A DNA stretch of 63,129 nucleotides, counting the filler, from Blastocystis sp. subtype 4 (lineage: Eukaryota), in assembly GCF_000743755.1 (NCBI RefSeq). It is 5 parts of 5 records of this genome, joined end to end, with 100 filler letters (N's around TTAATTAATTAA, not from the genome) between each part and the next. Parts side by side here need not be neighbours in the genome. Positions count along the whole stretch, not along the records: positions 1 to 12,818 come from NW_014569255.1; positions 12,919 to 27,072 come from NW_014569252.1; 3 more parts are not named here. One strand, given 5' to 3'. Shown here in pieces: positions 10,863 through 22,665 of this stretch. The notes under the pieces were generated by a model. It had not been told where the DNA came from. It was given only the letters and a program-made list of their open reading frames with translations, and did no database searches. Every line of letters starts with the position of its first letter. Positions within the stretch are counted from its first letter, which is position 1. A program made the position numbers and the translations under genes.

Positions 10863-12818
10863 TTAGCCTCTTCTCCACCACTTTCGTTTCTTCTTCGGTT
10901 CCTCCACTACTTCTGTAGGAGCGGCCTCCTGCTGCACCTCAGGCTGTACCTCAGCTTGTACTTCAGGCTGAGCTACAGGCTGTACAACAGGAGCCGACTT
11001 TGGAAGTTCGTCATCCGAATAATCATAGTCACTGTAATAACTGCTGTAAGAGTAAGAATACTCCGAATACGAGTAACTATAGTCAATTGGTTCAGGCTTT
11101 ATCTCCACTGGAGTTTCCTTCTTTACCTCTTCTGTTTCAGCTTCAGCCTCAACCTCAACCTCACCTTCACCTTCACCTTCAGGTTTGGCTTCTTCGTTCT
11201 CTTCCTCACTACCTCCAAAGAAATCATCAAGATCATCTTCATCCTCATCCTTGGGTTCAGGAGCCTTAGGGAGAGCTTCCTTCTTACGTTCAAATTTGAA
11301 CGGATCTTCCTTCTCTGTATCATTACCTCCGAAGAAGTCGTCCAAATCACTCTCTGAGCTTGCAATCTTACCTCCAAAGAAGTCATCTTCATCCTCCTAC
11401 AATATGAGTCTTTTTCTCCTTACTTACACTTTCAGTATTCATGAGGAACGGTCTAGATACGGTTGTATCAACACGTTGATTAAGCACGTTATTCGTACGA
11501 GCTTGAAGCACAGCAATACGCTCTAACTTCTTCTTCACTTCTTTTTGCTTCTCTTCAAGCTCAATATTTGCCTTTGCGATATCTTCATGAAGCTTCTTCA
11601 CTGTTGAACTCTTCTCTTGCAACTCCTTTGTCTTCTTCTCAAGTTGTTCCTTACGACTCAGCCACTCTGTCATGTTGCGACGCCATTCTGTACGCAGGTA
11701 TGCTCGATTGCCTAGCTCTGCAGCCATTGTCACCGACGTGGGCTCAGGCATTGGTACTTCATCTCCAGGCACCTTTTCAGGCTTGGTAAGCTCTGTAGAT
11801 TTATCAGCAAGGAGATCATTAACGTCAAGGTCTGGTTTAGCAGCCTCGGCAGCTGAAGGTTCATTTGAAGCGATTCCACCCAGCAGATCGCTCAGGTCAT
11901 CACCAGGCTTCTCTTCTACAGGTGCAGGCTTTTCCTCTTCCACAGGTGCTGGTTGTGTCTCCATACCAGCAAGGAAATCCTCATCAGACTGTGTCGGTTT
12001 AGGTTCAGGAATGGATGGAATGAGATCCAACTCCATCGTTGGCTCCGGGGCAGGAGGAGGCATTTCAACTTGCAGCAGATCATCGACAGGCTGCTCTTCT
12101 GGGAGAGGCATAGGTCGAGGCATCATCTCAGGGCGTGGTCGAGGTCCCATACTAGGTCGAGGTCCCATACCTGGTCGAGGACGAGGTCCCATGCCAGGAC
12201 GTGGAGGTAATATCATACCAGGTCGAGGACGCGGCTGTTGCATACCTGGACGTGGTCGAGGTCCCATGCCAGGTCGAGGACGGGGTGGCTGCATGCCAGG
12301 ACGGGGGCGAGGTCCCATACCAGGACGTGGTTGCATACCTGGTCGAGGACGTGGTTGCTGCATGCCAGGACGGGGGCGAGGTCCCATGCCTGGTCGAGGC
12401 ATCATTGCAGGACGAGGCATCATAGCAGACTGTAGCTGAGGGGTAGGGTCTTCTGCTGGCTTTTCGGAACCCATGAAATCAAAATCCAGACTATCAGCGG
12501 GTTTTTCTTCCTCCTCCATTTGAGATTCGGCTTCTGGATCAGGAGCAACAGTGGGAACAGAAGGAGCTCCAAAGTTAAAATCAAACGGATCCTTTGGTTG
12601 AATGGATCCTGGGACTTCCACTTCTTCATTCAAACCTTCTTCCTCTTCATCAGATTCAGATTCATCTTCTTCTTCTTCTGACTCAGGAGCAGGAGCAGAA
12701 ACAGATTCAGGAACAGGAACAGGAACAGAAGGAGTAGAATGAACAAGATTAGCTTTAGAAGGAGGAATCAAAGAAGGAGGCAGTTGTTGAGGAAGAGGAA
12801 CACCATTACGACAAGTAA
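10863..12818 (-). CDS. Pro/acidic low-complexity protein with PRPGM repeats, a coiled coil and DDFFGG/DPF motifs (5' truncated by contig end)
   Basis: ORFs 11389-12771 and 10863-11345 joined by a ~30-nt intron near 11397-11427. Confidence 0.7.
12110..12425 (-). repeat. Coding tandem repeat, (P/Q)RPRPGM(G/Q) units
   Basis: Over 10 imperfect copies visible in DNA (e.g. ccaggacg/ggtcgagg units) and protein. Confidence 0.9.
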
Positions 12819-12918
12819 NNNNNNNNNNNNNNNNNNNNNNNNNNNNNNNNNNNNNNNNNNNNTTAATTAATTAANNNNNNNNNNNNNNNNNNNNNNNNNN
12901 NNNNNNNNNNNNNNNNNN
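12819..12918. other. Artificial contig-joining linker
   Basis: 44 N + TTAATTAATTAA (stops in all frames) + 44 N. Confidence 0.98.
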
Positions 12919-12963
12919 TTTTTCTGGAATTGAGTGAGAGTGTCCATTTTCAAGGCTTATCAA

Positions 12964-14848
12964 ATGTCGCTATCTCTGGATGGAGAGAGAATAAGTGGTA
13001 ATGATGTTAGGACACAGAACAGTATGCTATTCGTTGTTGTTATTGATTACTGTAGCTATGGCGTGTATGGCCGTTGCAAATATTGTAAAGAGTTCATTAG
13101 GTCCTGTTGGACTGGATAAAATGCTTGTTTGACTGATATGACTGTTTGTGAGGATGTAGGTTGACAAAGTGGGTGATGTAACAATCACAAATGATGGAGC
13201 AACGATTTTACAAAAGTTGGAGGTGGAACATCCTGCTGCCAAAGTGCTTGTTCAACTCGCTGACCTTCAGGACAAGGAAGTGGGAGACGGAACAACGAGT
13301 GTAGTTATCTTTGCTGCAGAACTCCTAAAGGTTGAAGTTTTGGGTGTGTATGACTGTAGAACGGTCTGGATCTGATTCGTCTTTCTGTCCATCCGACTCT
13401 GATTATGAGTGGTTACCGTCTTGCTCTGAAAGAATGTATTCGCTATATTCGTGAGAATCTTCTCATTTCCAGTTCTCTCATCACTGATGAGGTTTTATTC
13501 AACGTGGCTAAGGTAATCGATTTCTCAATGAATTGATTGTAGACCACACTGAGTTCCAAGATTCTAGGTGCAGAGACAGAAAAGTTCTCTCAGATGGCTG
13601 TAGAAGCGGTTGAACGAATCCGTAACGAGGACATGTGTTGGATGGAGATGAATTTAATATGTAGTGATGGGAAGGTGAAGTATCCGATCGAGAACATTGG
13701 TATCATCAAAGCTCATGGTCAGTCTGCTCTGGAGAGTGAATTAGTGGATGGTCTAGTCCTTTCAGGAAACCGTGCCTCCCAACAGATGCCTCTCCGTATC
13801 AAGGATGCAAAGGTGATTGTGATTGACTTTGCTCTTCAACGTTATAAGACACAAATGGGCGTCGAGGTGAAGGTATCTGATCCGGACAAACTGGAGGAGA
13901 TCAAGCGAGAAGAGATGGAAATCACTCGGAAGCAGGTAGAACGTGTGTTAGCTACAGGTGCGAATGTTGTGGTGTGTGGACATGCAATTGATGATTTGTG
14001 TCTGAAGTATCTGGTGGAGGCTGGATGCATTGGTATTCGTCGAGTCAATAATGATGATTTGATTCGTGTATCCAAAGCCACAGGAGCTACCATTGTTGTC
14101 GTATGATGTGAGAAATGATGATGAGAAGTAGAATATGAGTGATTTTGAAGGAAATGACACTCTGGACTCTTCAGTTCTTGGTCATTGTGAGTGTGTTGAA
14201 GAGAAGCGTTTGGGTGACTGTGAGTGTACATGATAGGACTCATATTCAGACGATTTTATCTACTTTGAGGGTCTTCATACTACTAATGATCGAAGTGTCT
14301 CTGTTGTGTTGCGTGGTGCTAATGACATGATGCTACAAGAGATGGAGCGATCGTTCCATGATGCTGTTTGTGTGGAACAACGAGTGATGGAGAGCAAATC
14401 CTTAGTGGTCGGAGGAGGAGCAGTGGAAACTGCTCTGTATCTCCGTCTTCAGGACTATGCTATGAGTCTGTCAACCAGTGAACAGCTTGCTGTCCAGGCT
14501 TTTGGCAAGGCTCTTTTGATCATTCCCAAAACTCTGGCTGTGAATGCAGCGAAGGATGCCACCGAACTGATTGCGCAGCTTTGTGCTCGTCATGCCAATC
14601 AGGAAGATCCAGAGGCTTGTTACTATGGATTGGACTTGGTGGCTGGAGCCGTGGTGAATAACTTCAAGAAGGGAGTATTAGAGCCTACAATGAACAAGGT
14701 GAAGTGTTTGAAGTTCGCTACAGAAGCTGCTATCACTATTTTGCGTATTGATGACATGATTAAGATCAATCCTCCTGTAGGTATGAGGGAGAGAGGTAAT
14801 AAGTAGCCTGAACAAGATCCTGGAAATAGTACACCGAGAATCATGTAG
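12964..14848 (+). CDS. TCP1: T-complex protein 1 subunit alpha (CCT1)
   Basis: [66 protein letters not shown]. Confidence 0.96.
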
Positions 14849-14886
14849 TGAATGATGGGGTAAATTGTTTCCTCTTTGTTATCAGA

Positions 14887-15302
14887 ATGGATGATCATGA
14901 ATCCAAAACCAAAGTTTCAAGGAAACGAATGATGCCAAATGCAACAGTTCATCACATTCCTTGTGAAATCGAGTACACTGGAAATGCTCCGGTAAATGAT
15001 TATTTCGTTATAAAAACTGGTGAACAAGTGAATGAAGCAATGTTTCGAGGAAGACTCTTACAGGGAAAGGAATTCTCTCTACCGAAGGAGCTTGAAGGTA
15101 ATTCTAACGGTATTCATTTTATACCTAGGTGTAGTATTAGTAAAGGGAAAGGGAACTGATCGAAAAGATACATATGATATAACTGCTTCTTTTGGTTCTG
15201 TAACGCAATGGTATACAGATTCAATCCCAAAAGATCACGAAGAAGGGATAATGGATCATTGTGTAGAATGGTGGAGGATCACCCGTGCTATCAATGAGGA
15301 CT
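14887..15302 (+). CDS. RNASEH2C: Ribonuclease H2 subunit C; stop probably T+poly(A)
   Basis: VHHIPCEIEYTGNAPVNDYF, AMFRGRLLQG, C-terminal VEWWRITRAIN. Confidence 0.85.
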
Positions 15303-15306
15303 TGTA

Positions 15307-15321
15307 TGTTTGTTTCAAACA
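15307..15321. terminator. Back-to-back polyadenylation motifs: TGTTTGTT (+, 15307-15314) and TGTTTGAA (-, 15321-15314)
   Basis: TGTTTGTTTCAAACA between convergent genes; each motif lies 4 nt after an in-frame T. Confidence 0.75.
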
Positions 15322-15325
15322 GAGG

Positions 15326-16667
15326 AAATTGAAACTAAATTGACATGAAGACCATGATTAGAAATTGGAATGCAATCTCTCACAGTAGAACGAAAGGCTG
15401 AAGGGAGATGGTGATCATAAATGAATGATGGAATCAGAATGCTTGCTGCAGTAAGCCGATTCTGCGATTGAAGAGACCTAATCCACTCGATCAAATCATG
15501 ATACAATGATACAAGTGAAGCATTCGAACTCTTGGATTTGTATCCGTAGGGTGGCTCAATGATGATGAAAGAGAGATAAGTACATTTGACAGAAGTACAA
15601 TTCGTTTGGTTTGACTGTAGGTTACGTACTCAATTGTCTTTTTCAATTCCATCTGCTTGAAGTGAATTGATTCCTCAGCGCCAGAATCGAGGATGTGAGT
15701 ATTCTTTTTGGCACACTCAATTACAGAAAGATCAATATCAAATCCTTGGAACTGACAGTTATGAAGATGGTTCCATCTATCTGTAGTAGCGGATATCCTG
15801 CATGAAGCAAACTCAGGAATCTGTTCATATCTACATCTTAATAGAGTAATTCCTTCTACAATTCCTTATAATCCGAAATGAGTCGCTTTCGTTGAAGAGT
15901 CGGAGAGTCATTCCTCACAAAGCTGTAGAACTCTTGAAGAATCGTTCCTGAACCACAAAATGGATCGATTATAACACAGTCACTCTCCTTCATCCTCCAA
16001 AGAACGCTGTATCCTACTATCTCTCATCAATCTCCAATCCACTCACAGGCAGCTGCTAACGTTTCACGAAGAGGTGTCTTTGAAACAAAACGACGATAAC
16101 CACGTTTGTAGAATCCACCAATTTCCATACTCACTGTACAATAATCGTGATGAAAGAGGAAATAGAATGGAATCGATACAGAAGATGGATCAACCCTTGA
16201 CTTAAATAGTCGCGTCTTCAAAATACGTTCTTTGATTGCTTCTGTATGATATAAGTGTGATTGATGTGATGTCTACCAATTACAAGTCATTACAACATGA
16301 CTACGATGTGTACTTGCGGGCAAAATGTTCTAGATGTCGGTAGAGAGAGATGATTCACTCCATTTTCCAACTGATACCATTGAGAAGCATAAAAGGACCC
16401 AACCCGAATCCGTATACTTTCTACAAATAAAATAGAAGAGTTATAGTAACCCAATAGTCGAGACTGAGAAGCAATACACAAAGCATCTTCTAGTGGTACT
16501 ATCTTATAATCCATCAATCATCTATCATGAATACAATCCAATTCTGCTCCTCCTTTGATGAGAACAATGTGATTCACCTTTTCGTTAATTCGTGCCACTA
16601 GACTCTTGATCTCGGATATTAACAATCTTTCAAGACCTGGATTCACAACGAGAAGGTATCGATTCAT
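15326..16667 (-). CDS. THUMP-domain RNA m2G methyltransferase (RlmL/THUMPD-like); stop probably T+poly(A)
   Basis: NPGLERLLISEI, YKRGYRRFVSKTPLRETLAAA, IIDPFCGSGTILQE, GFDID, spliced SNPPYG. Confidence 0.8.
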
Positions 16668-16757
16668 GTTGTTTGTTTGACCTGCCAAGATCTCACTATC
16701 CCCGCATTTTCGTCTATAGTCTTTTCCTCATTGAAGATAGCGTTCCAAGAGTAGATC

Positions 16758-18567
16758 ATGGAAATAGAACCTATAGAGAGTCTTCTTTTATGGAGTATGA
16801 TATTTTCTAGAGCCACCAACAAAGGAGGACTCTATGCGTATAGAGGAGGAACGTGAAGAGAATAACTACTTGCAAGTTCGGCATAAGAAAATAAAGAAAT
16901 GGTACAACGATCATGAGGACTTGAAAGAAAAGTAGATGATGATATTGGTATAATACTCTAGATATGGAAGATTTCCAATGTTCTGGCAAGAATTGAAAGA
17001 TTGGGAGTATTGGCGAGAAGTGGAATCAGAATATAATAAATCAATATATGAAAGTGTTGAATCCTTTCCAAAACAAGAAAAGAGGAATCGGTGGACGGAT
17101 GCATCGGCTCTTCTCAAACGTTCCAAATGGGAGAATGACCGACGATATATCCAGCCAGGTATCTGTATTAGATTCTGCTTTAGGACTAGGATTGAGTGTT
17201 GCTGTTGCTTCTGGGGTAATTGGAATTGAACAAGTTCAAGAAATCCAGCTACGTGTCCGAATCCGAGATTTGACCTCTCGTCTTGATCGTGTGGAGGCGG
17301 AAGCGATCATGATTTCTGCAGATCCGAATCGGTCTCCTTCTCCTCCTCCTGTTTATGACTCTACTGGCAACCGTATCAATACGAGAGCAATGCGAATGCG
17401 ACGTGTGATCGAGAAGGAGCGTAATGAACTAGTAGAAGAGATATTAACGTTGAATCCATTGTTGCGGGTACTGAAAAGTACTATTGGTTTTATTCGTAGA
17501 AGAGTCTTCACAATTGCAAGTATCAACGCAAGATCTATATTCCGCAGGATAAGTATCCCAATTATAATTTTGTTGGTCAAATTTTGGGTCCTCGTGGGAA
17601 GTCTCATCGTAAACTGGAAAATGACACACATACAAAGATCATCATTCGTGGTAAGGGTTCTTCTCGGGACGGAAAGGGTTCAATTGATGGCATTGGACAA
17701 GATGAACCTTTGCATGTGATTATTACTGGAGATCGAGAAGAGGATGTTCATGAAGCCGAAAAATCGATTCGTGAGATTCTCAAAGTTAAAGATGATGACA
17801 AAAACCCATTTAAGCAGGCGCAGATGCGAGAATTGGCTATCATCAATGGCCAAGTGGCTGTGGGTGTATATTGCAGTATCTGCGGAGAGCGAGGTCATAA
17901 TCAATACAATTGTCCAAATAAACCACGTATGTCAATATACAAATCATTGATTAATAGGGAGTTTCACTCCAGCTGAAGTTGTGTGCTCTATTTGTGGCGA
18001 AACATCGCATTTGACTCGTGATTGTCCCGAGCGCCATAACAAGAAGAAGGTGGAGGAGAGTCGAAAACGAGATCAGGCCTATTTGGAGTTCATGAATGAA
18101 TTGGATGGAGGAGGCATTCCCACTGAGAAGGAGGAGCCCAAAGACTTACCCTCTCCTCCAGTAATGCCTTCTGTGATGTCGCCAATGGCATCCAGTCCCA
18201 TTCCTATTCCTGAGAGTGACGATATGCAGTTGGATGACCCCACCAGCGACTATACAGCTCCAGGGACAATGATTCCACCAGCACCAGTGATGGTTCCAAC
18301 ACCCAGTCCAGTCCCTCCTCTTCCTACAGGATCGCTTCAATCGATGGCTATGCTTAGTACACCTACTCCACTCCCTATACAGACAAACACACCCTCGCAA
18401 GTACCTCCAGTTCCAATTATCAGACCAGGTTCGATTTCCTATGCTTCGCCACCGTCTCTAACCTGGCAGCAACAACAGGCACTCTTATCAAATATGCGTA
18501 TGTATGCGGAATGATTTTAAGTGTAGAGGCTATGTTTGCAGCAATGTTTCAAGCCCAACAGAAGTAA
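16758..18567 (+). CDS. SF1: Splicing factor 1 / branchpoint-bridging protein
   Basis: RSPSPPPVYDSTGNRINTR, KH-QUA2 (NFVGQILGPRG...IIIRGKGS), two CCHC knuckles, Pro-rich tail. Confidence 0.93.
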
Positions 18568-18612
18568 TCTGTTGTTTAGTCTTATGTTTGTTTGGTGCCA
18601 ATTTCGTTCTCA

Positions 18613-19752
18613 ATGGAGAAAAAGAAGACTGGCAAAACAAATAAGAAAGTAAAAAACCTGTTTGCAAAACTTGACAGTCAATTCAAGAATGCAGGTGAGA
18701 TTCGCGGAAACCTAATAATGTAGTGAAACAACAACATAAGAAGAAAGAGAACCAACCAAATCAGTCCCATGGTTCTGAAATCGATGCAAAGAAACCAGAA
18801 CCTACACCAGCAAAATCGGACCTTGTACCAAATAAAGTAGAAGTAACTGAAGAAACGGTGAAACAAGTGGAACAAGTTCAGGTGGAGGTAGAGACAAAAC
18901 CTATAAAACCAAAAGAGCATCAACCTCGAGTTAATTTTAAAGGAAGAACTGGCGAGTTTAGGAAAGATGCTTTGTTTCGATCCATTCCTATATCTTTACA
19001 ACGGAATGTATACCGAGAAACTGTAGCATAGTGGTTGTTATTGTGACATCTAGAGCAAGCATTCAGCAACCGACCTTATAACCGATATTGTGAGGTCAGG
19101 ACCCCTTCATGATGATGTGAGTAACGTATTTGGAACCAAATTTGATGGTAAAACCCTTGGCATTCATCTCCGCAAAACAACAAAGAAGGTTCCTGTTCGT
19201 GTGGTTCATCCGAGATACATTACTGCCCGTCGAGAATGGCTCAATGCCAAAGAACGAAAGAGTCTTCGTATTGATGGTTCGGAGTCGGATCTCCAGTACA
19301 GATGCGTTGACTGGTTTACTGTAGATATGACAGCTATTTGTTTTTGAATGAGTGTTGGATAGAGTATTTCAATTCTTTGGAAGGAACAACCGAAGAGTAG
19401 GAATGCTTTTGGGGTATCAAATAGAATTCAATCCCAGATCAAAGGGATGGGAAAGGAAGGTTGTCTAGTTCGTATCACGCGTTCTTCCCTTCCTGAGGAT
19501 ATAGGATTGGAGGGAATCGTTCTTCTAGAAACAAAGAATCAGTTTACTATCATAACAAAAAAGAATTGTATTCGTAAAGTTAACAAGAAGGATCATGTTT
19601 TTCAAATATTGGGTATTTCAAGTAGGATTTTTGGTGATTCAACTGATAGATAGAACCAGTTTCCTTATTGGGCTCCTTCTTGTGTTCACATTCAGACTAT
19701 GAGTTTAAAAGACATCCAAATCAACAGCTATTCACTTTGAAGAGCGTTTACT
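18613..19752 (+). CDS. POP4: RNase P/MRP subunit p29 (Pop4)-like; stop probably T+poly(A)
   Basis: GCLVRITRSSLPEDIGLEGIVLLETKNQFTIITKKN is a Rpp29-type signature. Confidence 0.75.
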
Positions 19753-19756
19753 CCTA

Positions 19757-19764
19757 TGTTTGTT
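19757..19764 (+). terminator. TGTTTGTT polyadenylation motif of POP4
   Basis: Perfect motif 4 nt after in-frame T19752. Confidence 0.75.
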
Positions 19765-19818
19765 CAGATACAAATCACATTTTCTTTCAGATAACTATGT
19801 TCTATTGTTTCTGTTGGA

Positions 19819-22599
19819 ATGTGGTCCCATCATCAATATTATGAGCAGAAAAACAGACGTATTGTTGAACAGATTACAAAACAAGGAGAGTAGGATCCAA
19901 AGAGGTGTTCGAACTGTTTATGTAGATCAAAGTCATCTATTTTTAAAGGTGTATCGGTTTATATCGATGGTCATACACAAGTTCCATATCTAGTACTTCG
20001 TCAAATGATTTGTGATCACGGGGGACGGTTTGATCCATTTTTTACAGGATCAGGAACAACACACTTTGTGGCAGAGAATTTGTCTTATGCCAAACTTAAA
20101 CAACTGTCTTACTCTCTGATCTCAATTATGTTTAGTAAATCCAAACAATCGATGTACGTGGTCTCGCCCGATTGGATTACGGAGAGTGTGAAAGCTGGAA
20201 AACGTCAGAATGAAAGTGCATTTAGTATTCTTAAGGTACAGTATGGGATTCAACGTAAGTATGCATTTCTGTGATCATCGTAGAGTCATTTTTGCAAAAA
20301 TCCAATAAACCATCTATTTCGGTATCAGAGGGATTTGATGTGAACCCAGAAGATGAAGTAGATCCAGAAGATCTGTTGCAAGAGAAGACAGCTGTAGATC
20401 AGGAATACCTTCCTGAAAAGGTGTTTTCGAAAAGTCGATTTCATGTAATGGGAGAGATTAAGGGCAGTCTTCAAGACCAAGTCACTCGAGAGTATGTGAA
20501 GAGTCAGTCTCTTCCTCCTAGTGATCGATGACATAGTACATGACTCGTAGCTCCCCCAGGACCGAATTGTATTTATGCTCATATCGATATGGATTGCTAC
20601 TTCGTTCAAGTGGCTCTCTTGAAGCATCCTGAATTGATTAATCATCCTGTGGGTGTTGCAAGTAGTGACTCGTATTCATTAGTCTCTTCTATGAGTGTAG
20701 ACAACACAGTGAAATTAGTTCTTGTAATTACATCGCTCGTTCTTTTGGTGTTACGAAAGGATTATGGATGGGACGAGCAAAAGAATTATGTCCCGATCTA
20801 ATCATCCTACCTTATGATTATGACATGATTCGCAAAGTACGAGTTGAATGATTGATGAGAACTAGATTAGTCATATTGTTTATGAAATTGTACAGAAATA
20901 TACTGTTGTGATTCAAGTTGGGAGTTGTGATGAGTTATTCTGTGATCTATCCCATTATCGGGATAACCACGGTTTTATGGAGATTTGCCAACAAATCAAG
21001 TACGCTTTATGGAGTGGAACAATTGATAGAAACGAAATATTTGAACGTACAAAATGCCATTGCAGTATTGGCATCAGTCACAGTTTGTCAATGTGTCGTA
21101 TTGCTACGAAGAAGTATTTATTCTCTCTTTTCTCTTATCTAAGAGCCAAGCCCAATGGATTGGTGTATATTTCTTACGATGAAATTCCAGTAATCTTACA
21201 TTCTTCTCCCATCACTATTATTCCTGGCGTTGGTCGCTCATTAGAACAGCAGCTCGCTTCAATGGACGTGAGTACTTGTGGCGAGTTGGTCAGTCTGGAG
21301 GAAGTGAGTGTATAGTGAGTGAATCATCCATAGAATCGATTGGAGAGTGTAGTAGGGAGAAAGACGGCAGAAATGCTTCGGGCATATGCTATGGGGCAAG
21401 ATACCCGTGTATTGACAGTGATTCCTGAGGTCCGAAGTGTTGGAGTTCAAGTTTCATACGGCGTCCGATGTGTTTCTCGCAAGGATGTAGAGGTATACGT
21501 TTCATCATTATGCAGAGTATCATAATATCAGAAGAATGAATGATAGATGCTAGAATCGAAGATGAAAGAACAGAATGTAAGTGGATTCAAACTCACTTGC
21601 AAGCTGTATAAGAAACGTCCGAATGAACCAACAGTAATTATTTGGAATTCCTGTTATCTAGCCAAAATTCATGGGTCATGGACCTGTTGATATTGTGAAG
21701 TGAATCTCTTTCTCTATTGAGTGATCAATAGTGCTACAATCACAAATCCTGCTCCTATTCATGATGCAACTGTTCTATTCCATCTAGCTATGACTCTCTG
21801 TGATTCTCTCTCCATTCAACCAGAGGATGTACGTGGGATTGGTCTTTCTCTCCATAATCTCACTACTCACGTTCCTCTTTTATTTATCCTTCATACATAG
21901 CAAGAACTTCCTTCCATCCATCAATTCTTCAAAGTCTCCAAGTCTGACTCTTCACTAAAGCGTTCTCAATCCACTCCAATAGCTTCTCTTCCTGAACCCA
22001 ATGAGAAACAGTCCTTCTCATCACCTTCATCTCCTACACGAATTACTGTGAAGCGTGCTAAATCTCAGAAACTTCCCATCATTGAATCGCTTCTGCGAAA
22101 AGGAATTCTACCATCTAGTGAGCAACATCCTCGTCCAATGATCATGCTCCCTCAAGTTGCTGATTTAGATCTGGATGTATTCGGAACACTTCCAATTGAG
22201 CTTCAGAGAGAGATGGCTCACGCATATTTGCGGGAGAATACCGATCTACCTAAGAGACATGAATATGTGTTTCGAGACGTGATTCATAAAGAGGAACGGT
22301 CATGGATTGAAGCGAATACTGAAGAAAGAAAGGATTTGAAGCGATTCTTGGATTCGGTAAATGTAGATGTTATGAATGAATTTGACGTTATGCAAATTCG
22401 GCAGTATATTTGGTCTCATGATCCTACGGAAGAATTGGAGGATGTATTAAAACAGATGTTGGAAACACGTTGTCGATTTGATCTACCTGGATCATGGAAT
22501 GTTGTAAAGGCAATGAAAGATGTAGTTCTTGAGGATTCCTGGAAGGAACTCGTTGATTCGTTGTCATCTGTTGTTGAACATTCTATGAATCATTTATAA
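19819..22599 (+). CDS. REV1: Y-family translesion deoxycytidyl transferase REV1
   Basis: N-terminal BRCT (IFKGVSVYIDG...VSPDWITESVKAG), SRFHVMG, HIDMDCYFVQV, SCNYIARSFGV, GSCDE, UBM-like LPIELQREM. Confidence 0.9.
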
Positions 22600-22665
22600 C
22601 TCAGTTTTCGATTGTTTGTTGGAGTTCGACAAATCATTTTTATCTGATTTCGTTTGCCCCTTTCA

